Part shown: positions 37,634 through 48,690 of the stretch, in pieces | Layout of the letters: each line of letters begins with the position of its first letter | Numbering within the stretch: the stretch's first letter is position 1 | Assembly: GCA_036170915.1 (NCBI GenBank) | Contig: JAVHQC010000006.1 | Location: 128,001 to 192,000, forward strand | DNA: 64,000 nt | Direction of reading: 5' to 3' | From: Cyanobacteria bacterium auto_48_18 | Lineage (GTDB): Bacteria; Cyanobacteriota; Vampirovibrionia; Obscuribacterales; Obscuribacteraceae | The notes under the pieces: model-generated | Database searches by the model: none | The model's input: only the letters and a program-made list of their open reading frames with translations | What the model was told of the DNA's origin: nothing | Translations under genes and position numbers: made by a program

Positions 37634-39169
37634 ATGCCCACTAATCCCCTCCAGGCAGTTATCACGGTACTGCAGGCTCTTGTCGTCTTTGCTGCCATTG
37701 CGGTATTGACCAGCAAATCAAACAGTAAGCCGAGGCTCGTCACTGCCTTGCTTTTGCTCTGCACTATTTTTGTCGGTATTGTCTTCTACAACAATTACAG
37801 CAGCCGCGTCAAAGACCGTAAAGGTGCTGCTGTAATGGAAGCCGCTCAGTCGGAATTTGTCATGCGCCTGGCCCAGGGCATGAAAAATGCATTTGGTGCC
37901 AGCGGTAGCGCCTCTCAGTCTCTCTCATCGGTTGATGGAAAGATGTATGGAGAAGCCGAGAAGAGCATTGATAAGGCGGCCTCTCGCGACCCAGAATCAT
38001 TGCCTTTGCGCTTCAAGCAGGTGGTACTGCGAGCTGAAACCGGCCGAGAATTTAAGACCCAGTTGGCGGAAATTCCTCAGTGCCCTGACAAAGATGGTCG
38101 CAGTGCTTCAGCCGCCGCTCTGCTCGACAATCTCTTCGTCAAGAAGAAACTTGCTACAGGCGAGATGCCTGGTGCTCTGGCTCTGGTAGATCAGCTAACC
38201 TCCTCTGGTTTTTATCGTGATGTGCTTAAGCTGGAGATTTACAAGGCTTCTGGCGACAGCAAGCTATTCGAATCAAAGAAAGCTGAGTATGACGCCAGTA
38301 GCCAATCTTTCATGATGCGCCTGATTGCGCTCATGATTTACATGGCTTTTTCAGTGATCGTGGGCCTGCTCGTCATCGGCACGCAAATTGTGCTTCTGCC
38401 TCGCAAGATTTCAGATGAGGCAGCCGTGGCGAAGATCAGGGCCCCGGCCGCCTATGGCTTTGCCAAAGTCTATGGTGTACTGATCGGTTGGCTAACGCTT
38501 GAATCTTTTATTTCACCCATTATCGTAGCAATTGCCGGTAATTTTAAAACCGGGGTCAAAGACGCTACCGTACTGGCTTTGCTTACTATGTTGATTTATC
38601 TTTTGAGCAATTTGCCGGCTCTGATTTTAGCCTGGTTTATTGCCATCAGGCCCACGGGCACGGCTTTCTTTGAAGCAGTCAAACTGAGGTGGAAAACCAG
38701 TACCCGCAGCACTTTTGGTTTGGTAATGGCCGGTATTCTTGCCTGGTATGCCTGCGTGCCGCTTGCTCTATGTGCTTCACTGATCTCAAAGAATCTTTTT
38801 GGCTCTGAAGGCTCCAGTAATCCGGTTTTGACCATAGTTATGGAGGCAGTGCGCTCGCACAATGTGCTGGCTGGCTGCTTGTTTATTATTGCCATTGGCG
38901 TATTGCCAGCTATTTGCGAAGAAATGCTCTTCCGTGGATTTCTCTATACATCGTTGCGCTGGCATTTTGGGCCGCTCATGTCCATGGTTATATCCGCTGC
39001 TCTGTTTTCGGCAGTGCACATGGATCCAGGCGCTTTCGCGCCCTTGTTTGTGCTCGGCTTTGTTTTCGCTTTCGTCTTTGAACGTACGAAGAGCTTGATT
39101 CCTTCTATGGTTGCCCATTGTCTCTGGAACTCGGGCACCTTCATTTTAATGCTGTCGCTTTTTGGCTGA
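37634..39169 (+). CDS. CPBP (CAAX/Abi) intramembrane metalloprotease with a large extracytoplasmic domain
   Basis: EEMLFRG, FSAVH and AHCLWN motifs; multiple TMs. Confidence 0.88.
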   Translation: MPTNPLQAVITVLQALVVFAAIAVLTSKSNSKPRLVTALLLLCTIFVGIVFYNNYSSRVKDRKGAAVMEAAQSEFVMRLAQGMKNAFGASGSASQSLSSVDGKMYGEAEKSIDKAASRDPESLPLRFKQVVLRAETGREFKTQLAEIPQCPDKDGRSASAAALLDNLFVKKKLATGEMPGALALVDQLTSSGFYRDVLKLEIYKASGDSKLFESKKAEYDASSQSFMMRLIALMIYMAFSVIVGLLVIGTQIVLLPRKISDEAAVAKIRAPAAYGFAKVYGVLIGWLTLESFISPIIVAIAGNFKTGVKDATVLALLTMLIYLLSNLPALILAWFIAIRPTGTAFFEAVKLRWKTSTRSTFGLVMAGILAWYACVPLALCASLISKNLFGSEGSSNPVLTIVMEAVRSHNVLAGCLFIIAIGVLPAICEEMLFRGFLYTSLRWHFGPLMSMVISAALFSAVHMDPGAFAPLFVLGFVFAFVFERTKSLIPSMVAHCLWNSGTFILMLSLFG

Positions 39170-39261
39170 TCTTTAGTTCGCGCGAAAATTGGGCACAAAT
39201 TAAGTGTATCTGCGCCATACTTTGGTGAGGAGAACAGATACGTCTCCACTGGGAGATCGCC

Positions 39262-39786
39262 ATGGCTGCCAGAACTGCTCGATGCGGCATTACATTAACA
39301 TCGCTGCCTGACAAAAGGCGAGCGGGCTTGTTGCCGCTGTGCACTTTTTTGGCCCTGGGTTGGGCATTTGTGGCGATGTGGTTGAGTGTGGCCCTCTTTG
39401 CTCTGTGGGAATGGCCAGTCTGGCGCATTCTTATCGGTTTAAGCAGCGTTACTTTTGGTGCATTACTGACGCTTTTTGGCGTGAGTGTTATACGTGACTC
39501 AAAGCGTGAATATGTGCTTGAGCTTACCGAAAGCGAAGTGGTGCTTGTAGTAATCGATCGCTATGCAAAACAGAAAACTACACAAATGCTTTTGCTCGAT
39601 GACGTGGTTTATGCCGAGTACTATCCATACCCTGACTCATCGGCGATTATTTTTCACACTAATTATGCGTTGATGGAAGTGCCGCTCTGGCCCATGGGTG
39701 ACCGAGGTCGCGATGTAGTTGACTTTGCGGAAGGACGGGGCGTGCACGTTATTAATGTGCAGTCTGATGAGAGTATTCCGGCTTAA
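39262..39786 (+). CDS. Hypothetical membrane protein (2 TM plus a soluble beta domain)
   Basis: GGGAG RBS and two hydrophobic helices. Confidence 0.65.
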   Translation: MAARTARCGITLTSLPDKRRAGLLPLCTFLALGWAFVAMWLSVALFALWEWPVWRILIGLSSVTFGALLTLFGVSVIRDSKREYVLELTESEVVLVVIDRYAKQKTTQMLLLDDVVYAEYYPYPDSSAIIFHTNYALMEVPLWPMGDRGRDVVDFAEGRGVHVINVQSDESIPA

Positions 39787-39805
39787 ACTGTTCCTTTGAA
39801 TTTCT

Positions 39806-39834
39806 AGAAAAAAACCTGCGCAGGTATTTTTTCT
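39806..39834. repeat. Palindrome family B, copy 2
   Basis: AGAAAAAA-ACCTGC|GCAGGTATTTTTTCT; one-base deletion and a compensated centre change relative to 5566-5595. Confidence 0.75.
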
Positions 39835-39988
39835 GCGCAACTCCCTGCCAATTGATACTAAATATGGTGCCCACGCAGACCTCTGTTGACAAATTATAGC
39901 GGTCACAATGCGTGAAGCACAGCAGCAGCACTGTCTTGTGCCAGGGCCGAATAGTGCTAAAATTTCGTCCTTAATCGAGGAGACGACT

Positions 39989-41545
39989 ATGATCGAAGAG
40001 AAAGTGCTTGAAAATCCTCTGTTGGAGGGTCTGGCGCTGGAAAGGCACGTAGATTCACTTTCGTTTGTGATCTTCGGTGCGCACGGTGATTTAACCAAAC
40101 GCAAGCTCGTTCCGGCCATGTACGCACTCTTTTTGCAGGGTCTGCTGCCCAGGGGTTTTGTCTTACTGGGCACTTCGCGCACGCCCATGACCGACGATGC
40201 GTTTCGTACTCTGATGCGCGAATCTTTGATTAAATTCGCTCCAGACCTGCCTTTTGAAGAAGATTCATGGACCAGATTCGCGTCTTCCCTTTACTACCGA
40301 GCCACAGATTCTTCAAAACCTGAAGGGTACGAAGTAATCAAGAGTACTCTGGCTGAGCTTGATAGCAAACATGGTACGAAAGGTCGTCATATTTTCTATC
40401 TCTCTACTTCACCAAGCCTTTATCTACCAATAGTCCAGGGTTTAGCGGCCTCTGGCCTGGTGACAAAAGTGAAAGCTACCGAGCCGGCCTGGCCGCGGGT
40501 GGTGATTGAAAAGCCATTTGGTCACGATCTGGCTTCGTCAATTGCTCTCGATGAGCACATTCACGAAGTAATGCGAGAGCATCAGGTCTATCGTATCGAC
40601 CACTATCTGGGTAAAGAAACTGTTCAGAACATCATGGTTTTTCGTTTTGCCAATGGCATTTTCGAACCCTTGTGGAATCGCAATCATATTGATCATATTC
40701 AAATCACCAATGCTGAAACCATCGGCGTCGAAGGTCGTGGTGCTTACTATCAAGAAGCCGGCGCCTTGCGTGACATGATTCAAAATCACCTGTTGCAATT
40801 ACTTGCTCTGGTATTGATGGAACCACCTATCGCCATGGATGCCGAGGCCACTCGCGACGAGAAAATAAAAGTACTGCGCTGCCTCAAACCTCTCAAGCCA
40901 AGCACTATTGATCGCTATGCCGTTCGCGGCCAGTATGGTGCCGGTTTTATCGTCGGTGCCTCAGTACCTGGTTTCCGTGAAGAAGAGAGCGTGGCTAAGG
41001 ATGCTCCTACTCCAACATTTGCCGCGCTGAAACTGGAAGTGGACAACTGGCGCTGGGCTGGTGTACCTATTTATATACGTTCAGGAAAACGCCTGGCTAA
41101 ATCAGTCACGGAAGTGGCCGTGCATTTCAAAAAGGCGCCACACAGGCTGTTTGACGGCGAGCAATCTGACGTTGAGCAACAAGAGAATGTGCTGGTTATG
41201 CAAATTCAGCCAGAAGAAGGCATCTCACTCAAGTTTGCCACCAAACAGCCAGGTCCTACGACTATGGTGCGCTGGCTCAACATGGACTTTAAGTACGGCA
41301 CCGCATTTGGAGCCCGCACACCCACGGCCTATGAGCGTTTAATTCTTGATTGCTTGATAGGCGACCCATCATTGTTTGCCCGCACTGATTTTGTCGAAGC
41401 ATCGTGGCAATATATCGAACCCTTACTTGAGCATTGGGATAATCAAAAGCCCTCCGATTTTCCTAACTACAAAGCCGGCTCTTGGGGCCCTAAAGCTGCC
41501 GATGATCTTATTGCCTCTACCGGTCATGCCTGGAGAAAGCTATGA
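39989..41545 (+). CDS. zwf: Glucose-6-phosphate 1-dehydrogenase
   Basis: IFGAHGDL, EKPFG, RIDHYLGKETV; GAGGAG RBS before ATG 39989. Confidence 0.97.
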   Translation: MIEEKVLENPLLEGLALERHVDSLSFVIFGAHGDLTKRKLVPAMYALFLQGLLPRGFVLLGTSRTPMTDDAFRTLMRESLIKFAPDLPFEEDSWTRFASSLYYRATDSSKPEGYEVIKSTLAELDSKHGTKGRHIFYLSTSPSLYLPIVQGLAASGLVTKVKATEPAWPRVVIEKPFGHDLASSIALDEHIHEVMREHQVYRIDHYLGKETVQNIMVFRFANGIFEPLWNRNHIDHIQITNAETIGVEGRGAYYQEAGALRDMIQNHLLQLLALVLMEPPIAMDAEATRDEKIKVLRCLKPLKPSTIDRYAVRGQYGAGFIVGASVPGFREEESVAKDAPTPTFAALKLEVDNWRWAGVPIYIRSGKRLAKSVTEVAVHFKKAPHRLFDGEQSDVEQQENVLVMQIQPEEGISLKFATKQPGPTTMVRWLNMDFKYGTAFGARTPTAYERLILDCLIGDPSLFARTDFVEASWQYIEPLLEHWDNQKPSDFPNYKAGSWGPKAADDLIASTGHAWRKL

Positions 41546-42783
41546 GTTCTATGCCGGCTTTGAAAAACGCACCCGACGAAGGTCGCATACTTTCTTTTCT
41601 TTCTGGAAATCTTGCTCAGGTAGATGTGGCCAAGATTGAAAAAGAGCTGACTCGCCTCTGGGATTCTGCCGGGCGTGCCGCGGGTGATGAGGATGTTGCC
41701 TGGAAACCGGTGATTCGCGCATGCGCACTAAATATGGTGCTGTTGTGCGAAGAAGAAAACGAACGCAAGTTTGAAGGATTGTTGTCTGAAATAACTGTAC
41801 GCCACCCCTGCCGAGCCATATTGGCAGTGATTGCTGAGGCGCCCCTAGAGAAGGTTGAAGCCTGGGTCACCGCCCACTGTCACTTCTTGCCTGGGCGGCT
41901 TGATAAGCAGATGTGCTGTGAGCAGATTTCTGTTAAGTGGTCAGGTTCTGCCTTTGTCTCAACTGGTCTGGCCAGTGTTGTTACACCACTGGTGATACCA
42001 GAGCTGCCTTCGTGGTTGTTTGCCGGCAGTAAACAACTGACCAGTGCCGTGATTGAACCATTTCTTTCTTACCTCGATCATTTGCTCATGGATAGCCGCA
42101 TACAAGATGCCGGTGACACCATTTGTGAAGGCGCTCTGGCGGCCTTGAGTTCAAACTTGAAGATTGCTATGGATCTGGCTGAACATACTGTGGTGGTAGA
42201 CCTTGCCTGGTTAACTATTTCGGCCTGGCGCAAAGCAATTGCCTTGGCTTTTGATGATACTGATGTTTCTATTCTGCCCTCGCGCCTTAAAGCTGTAAAA
42301 ACTATCACAGTGGAATATGGTGGTCAGTCTAAAGGCTTCAGCCAGGCATTGCTATTGGCCACCTGGCTGACAACGAGATTGCAACTGACACCGCAAAGTG
42401 CGCAGTTTAAAGATAACGCTGACAATAAAGGTGAGCTCACTGCTGTTTGCAGTAACAAGCATGGTCATAGTTTGAGCGTTGTTTTGCAAGCCACAAAAGA
42501 TGGCGCTGTTGGGGTCAATGGTTTTGAAATGGCCTTTAGCGACGGCGATGATCTGCTCAATGTTGACTTTTCGTGCGGTGCGTTGAAGGTAACCAATAAC
42601 GGCTCTGAAGAGTTTATGGAATTGCCCTGGTCGAGCTCCCGTGACAAAAATGGAGAAGGGGAGCCGGCTTTCACTGAGCTTGTAGATTTCGCATTTGAAC
42701 ATTCTGCTAAAGATCCAGTTTATTTAGCAGCGGCTAAAAGCGCCAACGATTTACTCAAACTAATTTGCAAGGCGAGTAAATAA
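41542..42783 (+). CDS. opcA: G6PDH assembly protein/allosteric activator OpcA
   Basis: Overlaps the zwf stop; HPCRAI, CCEQI, PLVIPELP, VVDLAW...WR. Confidence 0.85.
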   Translation: MSSMPALKNAPDEGRILSFLSGNLAQVDVAKIEKELTRLWDSAGRAAGDEDVAWKPVIRACALNMVLLCEEENERKFEGLLSEITVRHPCRAILAVIAEAPLEKVEAWVTAHCHFLPGRLDKQMCCEQISVKWSGSAFVSTGLASVVTPLVIPELPSWLFAGSKQLTSAVIEPFLSYLDHLLMDSRIQDAGDTICEGALAALSSNLKIAMDLAEHTVVVDLAWLTISAWRKAIALAFDDTDVSILPSRLKAVKTITVEYGGQSKGFSQALLLATWLTTRLQLTPQSAQFKDNADNKGELTAVCSNKHGHSLSVVLQATKDGAVGVNGFEMAFSDGDDLLNVDFSCGALKVTNNGSEEFMELPWSSSRDKNGEGEPAFTELVDFAFEHSAKDPVYLAAAKSANDLLKLICKASK

Positions 42784-42789
42784 CTGCTC

Positions 42790-43590
42790 ATGAGAAGCAT
42801 TCAAGTAAACCAGCAAACCATAAATATAGCGGAAGACGAGCCAAAACTTTTCACCGCGCTGGCTACTAGAATTGCTGAGATGGCTCATAAGTGCGTTGCC
42901 GACGACAACATTTTTTCCATTGCCCTTTCAGGCGGCAACACTCCGCGCGGCCTTTATGGTCACCTGGCTAAGTTTTCAGCTGAACAATTTCCCTGGAATT
43001 CCACTTTTCTTTTTCTTGGTGATGAACGCTGTGTGCCGCATGCCGACGGCGAAAGCAATTACAAAATGATCAGTGATAGTTTGCTCAGTCACATTTCCAT
43101 TCCAGCTACCAATGTTTATCCCACCATCAATCAAGATAAAGACCCCGAAGATTCGGCCAAGCGTTACGAGCAAAGTTTGCGGCGTTTTTTCAAAATGACT
43201 GAGCAAAATAGTTTGAATGAGCAGAATAAGTCAGGCGAAAAACAATGGCCACGTTTATCACTGGCTCTCATGGGGTTGGGAAATGATGGTCATACCGCCT
43301 CTCTCTTTCCGGGTACGTTGGCACTAGAAGAGCAAGGCAGACTCTGCGTGGCCAACCATGTGCCCCAGCTCGACACCACCAGGTTGACATTGACCAGACC
43401 GGTTTTTGCCCACGCAAAAAAAATATTTTTCCTTGCTGCGGGTGAAAGCAAGGCCGAAATATTTGCCGATGTAATTATGCATTCTGAAAAGAAATATCCC
43501 TCACAGTTGGTCATTAGTGACTGCCCTGAAGGGTCTGTTGAATGGTTTGTAGACGAGTCTTGTGCAAGGCTCTTAAAAGTAAATAAGTGA
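42790..43590 (+). CDS. pgl: 6-phosphogluconolactonase
   Basis: ALSGGNTP, GDERCVP, GLGNDGHTASLFP. Confidence 0.95.
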   Translation: MRSIQVNQQTINIAEDEPKLFTALATRIAEMAHKCVADDNIFSIALSGGNTPRGLYGHLAKFSAEQFPWNSTFLFLGDERCVPHADGESNYKMISDSLLSHISIPATNVYPTINQDKDPEDSAKRYEQSLRRFFKMTEQNSLNEQNKSGEKQWPRLSLALMGLGNDGHTASLFPGTLALEEQGRLCVANHVPQLDTTRLTLTRPVFAHAKKIFFLAAGESKAEIFADVIMHSEKKYPSQLVISDCPEGSVEWFVDESCARLLKVNK

Positions 43591-43607
43591 TCAATCTGGA
43601 GGATGAG

Positions 43608-45077
43608 ATGGCTGACAGTAAAGACGGCAAATTAAGTGATATTGGTCTGGTTGGCCTGGGAGTAATGGGAGAAAACCTGGCGCTCAATATTGAGCGCAAC
43701 GGTTTTAAAATTTCCATCTTTAACCGCAGTCACTCTAAAGTTGTTGATTTTGTGGAAGGCAGAGGCAAAGGCAAAAATGTGGTGGGTTGCCCTGACGAGA
43801 AAAGTTTTGTGGAATCAATTGCTAAACCTCGCAAAATTATTTTGCTGGTCAAAGCCGGCGATGCTGTTGATCAAACCATTGATAAACTAAAACCTTTCCT
43901 GGAAAAAGGTGACATCATCATTGATGGTGGCAACTCACACTTCACCGACACTATGAAAAGAGAAAAAGCCCTGGCCACCGAAGGCTTTAAGTTTGTGGGC
44001 TCCGGCGTATCAGGTGGTGAAGAAGGCGCTCTGTGGGGCCCGTCACTCATGCCTGGTGGAAACCTTGAAGCGTACAAAGAAGTACAACCTATTTGGGAAG
44101 CTATCGCGGCGAAAGTAGACGGCAGCCCGTGCGTAACCTATTTAGGACCAGATGGTGCCGGACACTTCGTCAAAATGGTGCATAACGGTATCGAATACGG
44201 TGATATGCAATTAATTGCTGAAATCTACGACGTGCTCAAACGTGTGCTCAATATGTCTGCTGCGCAAATGGCTGATGTATTCAGTAACTGGAATAAAGGA
44301 CTGCTGGATTCATTCTTAATTGAAATCACAGCGCAAATTTTGTCGGTGGTGGACCCTGAAACTAAAAAACCACTGGTTGATTTGATTCTCGACAAGGCCG
44401 GTCAAAAAGGTACAGGCAAATGGACTTCTGAGGCTGCCTTAGATTTAGGAGTGCCGGTACCGACAATCGACGCTGCCCTCACTGGGCGCGTTTTATCGTC
44501 AATGAAAGACGAAAGAAAAGTGGCCTCCACGGTATTTGCTTCTGTCACAAATGAGTTGGCCAAATTAGCGCCGGCTGACAAAGCACTAGTTGCCCATCTA
44601 GAAAAAGCCTTATATGCCAGCAAAATTTGCAGTTACGCACAGGGTATGGCTTTGATCAAAGCCGGTTCTGATAAGTACAACTGGGGCGTCAATCTTTCTG
44701 AGTGTGCGCGCATCTGGAGAGGCGGCTGTATTATTCGCGCTCAACTGCTGGAGCGCATTCGCACTGCTTTTGATAATGATCAGAATTTGCCCAACCTGTT
44801 AATCGATCCTGACTTTGCTTCGTGGATGGCAGCCTCACATGAATCATTGCGGGCAGTAATTCAAGAAGCTGTCAAACGCGGCATTCCGGTACCAGCTCTG
44901 GCAGCCAGCTTGTCTTATTTTGATAGCTACCGTAGCGCGCAACTTCCGCAAAACCTCACTCAAGCGCAAAGAGATTTCTTTGGTGCACACACTTACGAAC
45001 GTGTAGATAAACCAGCTGCAGGATTTGTACACACTGAGTGGGCCGAGCTGATTAAAGAGCCAATCAAGACAATATAA
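43608..45077 (+). CDS. gnd: 6-phosphogluconate dehydrogenase (NADP, decarboxylating)
   Basis: GLGVMGENLALN, VSGGEEGA, KMVHNGIEYGDMQ, QAQRDFFGAH; GGAGG RBS before ATG 43608. Confidence 0.97.
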   Translation: MADSKDGKLSDIGLVGLGVMGENLALNIERNGFKISIFNRSHSKVVDFVEGRGKGKNVVGCPDEKSFVESIAKPRKIILLVKAGDAVDQTIDKLKPFLEKGDIIIDGGNSHFTDTMKREKALATEGFKFVGSGVSGGEEGALWGPSLMPGGNLEAYKEVQPIWEAIAAKVDGSPCVTYLGPDGAGHFVKMVHNGIEYGDMQLIAEIYDVLKRVLNMSAAQMADVFSNWNKGLLDSFLIEITAQILSVVDPETKKPLVDLILDKAGQKGTGKWTSEAALDLGVPVPTIDAALTGRVLSSMKDERKVASTVFASVTNELAKLAPADKALVAHLEKALYASKICSYAQGMALIKAGSDKYNWGVNLSECARIWRGGCIIRAQLLERIRTAFDNDQNLPNLLIDPDFASWMAASHESLRAVIQEAVKRGIPVPALAASLSYFDSYRSAQLPQNLTQAQRDFFGAHTYERVDKPAAGFVHTEWAELIKEPIKTI

Positions 45078-45083
45078 GGCCGA

Positions 45084-46031
45084 TTGCCAACATTCTCGCT
45101 CACAGCCATCAATGTCGGTACTTTCAATCTGGGAGAAGCCGACAAGATTATTACTCTTTTTTCTCGCGAGAAAGGAATACATCGTGCTGTGGCAAAAGGG
45201 GCGCGCAAGCCGGGAGCACGCATTTCAGGTAAAGCTGAATTGCTCAACGTCAATCGCCTGTTACTGGCCAAAGGCAAGAATCTCGACATCATTACTCAGT
45301 GCGAAAATATCGAGACTTTCGCCAACCTGCGCCATGACTTGACCCGGCTCACTTATGCACTGTATTACGCTGAATTGACTCAAGTATTTGGTCAGGGCCT
45401 AAATGAAGAATCTGAGAAATACTTTGATCGGCTCTGCCTTTCAATGGGTTTGATGGCAGCAAGCGGTCGAGATCCGGCATTGCTCTGCCTCGAATTTGAA
45501 TTTGCCTTACTGGATATGCTTGGTATCAAACCGGAGCTGAATTTTTGTGTAGGATGTCGCGCACCGTTGACTGAGAGTAATTTGACGGCATTCAATCATG
45601 AGTTGGGTGGTCTGGTTTGCCAGACATGTTTTCACCGAATGCGCAGGCTAGCTGCCTCTAACGATGGTGTGAGGGAAGGGGCCGAGCGCTACGAGGGTGA
45701 ACCAGAAACTGAATCGCAGGTGCCGGACAGCCAGGAAGAAAATATACGTCTTGGATTGGCGGCTCGCTCAGAAGCACGCTCAGAAGCACGTTCAAGTGCA
45801 ATGGAGGGTCAGCGCACCAATGTCTATGTCACGCCCCTGGTATGGAAGCGTATGGTGCTGGCTAACGTAGGCTCAGAGCAAATTGATATGGAAATTAATC
45901 CTGAGCAGGCAAAAGAGCCAAGAGCGCTGGTTGGGGCCACTATAGCCGCACGAAGGGTAATGCAATCGTATATCGAATACAAGGCCGGGAAGCGTATGCG
46001 CGCTCTTGACCTGCTTGCCAACTTGATTTGA
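45084..46031 (+). CDS. recO: DNA repair protein RecO
   Basis: LGEADKIITLFSREKG, AVAKGARK, CxxC...CxxC Zn finger; TTG start. Confidence 0.92.
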   Translation: MPTFSLTAINVGTFNLGEADKIITLFSREKGIHRAVAKGARKPGARISGKAELLNVNRLLLAKGKNLDIITQCENIETFANLRHDLTRLTYALYYAELTQVFGQGLNEESEKYFDRLCLSMGLMAASGRDPALLCLEFEFALLDMLGIKPELNFCVGCRAPLTESNLTAFNHELGGLVCQTCFHRMRRLAASNDGVREGAERYEGEPETESQVPDSQEENIRLGLAARSEARSEARSSAMEGQRTNVYVTPLVWKRMVLANVGSEQIDMEINPEQAKEPRALVGATIAARRVMQSYIEYKAGKRMRALDLLANLI

Positions 46032-46075
46032 GAATTCCTTGGTAGTGCTAAAATACGCTGTACAAGACCATTGGG

Positions 46076-47350
46076 GTGAATATGAGTTTAACTAACAGCC
46101 ATCTGGCAAATAGCGATCCGGCACTGTTCGAGATGATCGAGAAAGAGCTCTTTCGGCAGCAGAACAGTATCGAGTTGATTGCTTCAGAAAATTTCGTCAG
46201 CGAAGCTGTCTTAGAAGCCCAGGGCTCAGTCTTGACAAACAAATATGCTGAAGGTTTGCCTGGCAAGCGCTATTACGGCGGCTGCCAGAACGTTGACGAT
46301 GTAGAGCGGTTAGCCATTGCCCGCATCAAAGAACTTTTTGGTGCCCCTCATGCCAACGTGCAACCGCACAGTGGTGCTCAGGCCAATATGGCCGTATTTT
46401 TCGCCATGCTTAAACCTGGAGACACGATTCTAGGTATGGCTCTCGATCAAGGTGGTCACCTGACGCACGGATCGCCGGTGAACATATCTGGTAAGTGGTT
46501 TGATGCCCATTTCTATGGTGTTGATCCACAATCTGGAAGGCTCGATTATGACATGGTGGCAAAAGCCGCATCTGCCGTTAAACCTAAAATGATTGTCTGT
46601 GGTGCCAGCAATTATCCGCGCATCATTGATTTTGCAAAAATGCGTCAGATTGCCGATAGCGTAGGCGCCTTCTTGCTCGCCGACATCGCTCACATTGCTG
46701 GTCTTGTGGTTGCTGGTCTGCATCCTAATCCTTTTCCGCATGCTCATTTTGTCACCACTACGACGCACAAAACACTGCGTGGACCACGCGGTGGTGTGGT
46801 GATGTGTCTCGAAGAACACGCAGCTGCAGTTGATAAGGCTGTTTTTCCAGGTATTCAGGGCGGGCCACTGATGCACGTAATCGCCGCCAAGGCAGCAGCT
46901 TTTGGTGAAGCGTTAAAACCTGAGTTCAATGTTTATCAAAAATCTATAGTTGATAATGCCGCCATGCTGGCTTCTACTCTGGTGGAAGAAGGACTGGCGA
47001 TAGTTTCTGGTGGCACAGATAACCACCTGATGACCGTCGATTTGCGGCCGATTAGCATGACCGGCAAAAAAGCGTGTGCCATTCTTGAAGAAGTAAATAT
47101 CACCACCAATAAAAACGCAGTGCCCAACGATCCAGAGAAGCCTATGGTCACCAGTGGCATTCGGCTGGGTACACCAGCTGTGAGCACTCGCGGTATGGGT
47201 GTGGCTGAAATGAAAATCATCGGCCGTGCTATTGCCTCAACTCTAAAGGCACCAGACGATGAAAGCGCTCGCAAGCAGACCCAGAAAATAGTTGAAGAAC
47301 TCTGTTCAAAATTCCCTCTTTACGAGAGCAAGCTAGCATCGGTTAGATGA
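46076..47350 (+). CDS. glyA: Serine hydroxymethyltransferase
   Basis: [33 protein letters not shown]. Confidence 0.98.
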   Translation: MNMSLTNSHLANSDPALFEMIEKELFRQQNSIELIASENFVSEAVLEAQGSVLTNKYAEGLPGKRYYGGCQNVDDVERLAIARIKELFGAPHANVQPHSGAQANMAVFFAMLKPGDTILGMALDQGGHLTHGSPVNISGKWFDAHFYGVDPQSGRLDYDMVAKAASAVKPKMIVCGASNYPRIIDFAKMRQIADSVGAFLLADIAHIAGLVVAGLHPNPFPHAHFVTTTTHKTLRGPRGGVVMCLEEHAAAVDKAVFPGIQGGPLMHVIAAKAAAFGEALKPEFNVYQKSIVDNAAMLASTLVEEGLAIVSGGTDNHLMTVDLRPISMTGKKACAILEEVNITTNKNAVPNDPEKPMVTSGIRLGTPAVSTRGMGVAEMKIIGRAIASTLKAPDDESARKQTQKIVEELCSKFPLYESKLASVR

Positions 47351-48678
47351 AAACATTAGAACTGCCGACTCAAGAACCAAAAAAACCTGGTCCTAGCCGT
47401 GCTTCACGGTTAGCGATTCCTTTTTTCCAGGTTCTGCTTTTGGCCGTCGGTGTCTGGTGGGCCAATGGCCCTGCAAATAACGATCTTAGTTTGATGCAAG
47501 GTCCGGGCTTTTTAATTGCGCTTTCTATCAGCTGGTGCCTGGTGCCCGAAATTAGAACCAGGGCATTGAAAATCGGCCTGGTTGATAAGCCAGGTGAAGA
47601 CCGGCGCATTCACAAGGTGGCTGTGCCTCGTCTTGGTGGCGTTGCAATATATATAAGCGTGCTGGCCACTGTTATCACCCTGGTGTTGATAGCCGGTCGC
47701 CTGCCTCAAGATGCTCGAGGGCAAGAAGGCATATTTGCCATTGCCGTTGGTGGCACTCTGGTATTTGTCCTCGGTCTGATGGACGATTTAGAATCAATCA
47801 AAGCTAAGTACAAATTACTGACGCAAATACTTGCAGGCTGTGCTGCTTACGCACTAGGGGTGCGGGTCAAATCCATACCCATTCCACAAAATATGCCCGA
47901 CATCGATATTGGATTTTTGCATATTCACGCTGGTGTTCCGATTGAGCTGGGCGGTTGGAGTATAATTCTGACGGTGCTCTGGCTTGTGGGTGTCGCCAAT
48001 GCCGTCAATTTGATTGATGGTATGGACGGCCTTGCGGCTGGTGTATCAGCCATCTCAGCTTTGACTATCTGGGCAGTGGCTCTTGGCGTGGCTAAGCCAT
48101 ACGCGGCGCTAATGGCTGCTGTAATCGCTGGCGCTTTGCTGGGTTTTCTACGCTGGAATTTCAACCCTGCTCGCATTTTTCTAGGTGACTCAGGTGCTTA
48201 TCTAACTGGTTTTATTCTGGCGGCCGTATCCATTACCGGCGTAGTCAAGGGCGCATCATCCACAATGATTGTGCCTACAAGTCTTGTGGTTTTGTTGATT
48301 CTCGCTTTCCCCTTAATTGATACTTCCTGGGCAATTGTACGCAGAGTGGTGAAGTTAAAATCACCCTTTGAACCAGATCGCCTGCATATTCACCACAGGC
48401 TTTTAGACACTGGCCTTGATCAAAAGAAAGTAGCGTACATAATCTATGCGGTCTCTGCAGTGCTGGGTTTTGTGGCCGCCTATCTCGTTAATCAGCATAT
48501 TTTCTACTTGAAACTCTTAGGTTGCGTTCTTGTTATGGCCCTCTTTTTCGCAGAAGTTCTAAACCGCCACCGCCAGCGCGGACAAATCCCCAAAGTCAAA
48601 GTTGATCCAGAGACCGGTCGAGAAATAAATGCAGACGAGCCACCACCTCCGCCAAAACCATCAGAGGCAGGCAGCTGA
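47347..48678 (+). CDS. wecA: Undecaprenyl-phosphate GlcNAc-1-phosphate transferase (WecA/TagO, MraY-like family)
   Basis: [33 protein letters not shown]. Confidence 0.88.
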   Translation: MKTLELPTQEPKKPGPSRASRLAIPFFQVLLLAVGVWWANGPANNDLSLMQGPGFLIALSISWCLVPEIRTRALKIGLVDKPGEDRRIHKVAVPRLGGVAIYISVLATVITLVLIAGRLPQDARGQEGIFAIAVGGTLVFVLGLMDDLESIKAKYKLLTQILAGCAAYALGVRVKSIPIPQNMPDIDIGFLHIHAGVPIELGGWSIILTVLWLVGVANAVNLIDGMDGLAAGVSAISALTIWAVALGVAKPYAALMAAVIAGALLGFLRWNFNPARIFLGDSGAYLTGFILAAVSITGVVKGASSTMIVPTSLVVLLILAFPLIDTSWAIVRRVVKLKSPFEPDRLHIHHRLLDTGLDQKKVAYIIYAVSAVLGFVAAYLVNQHIFYLKLLGCVLVMALFFAEVLNRHRQRGQIPKVKVDPETGREINADEPPPPPKPSEAGS

Positions 48679-48690
48679 TAGAAGATAGCT

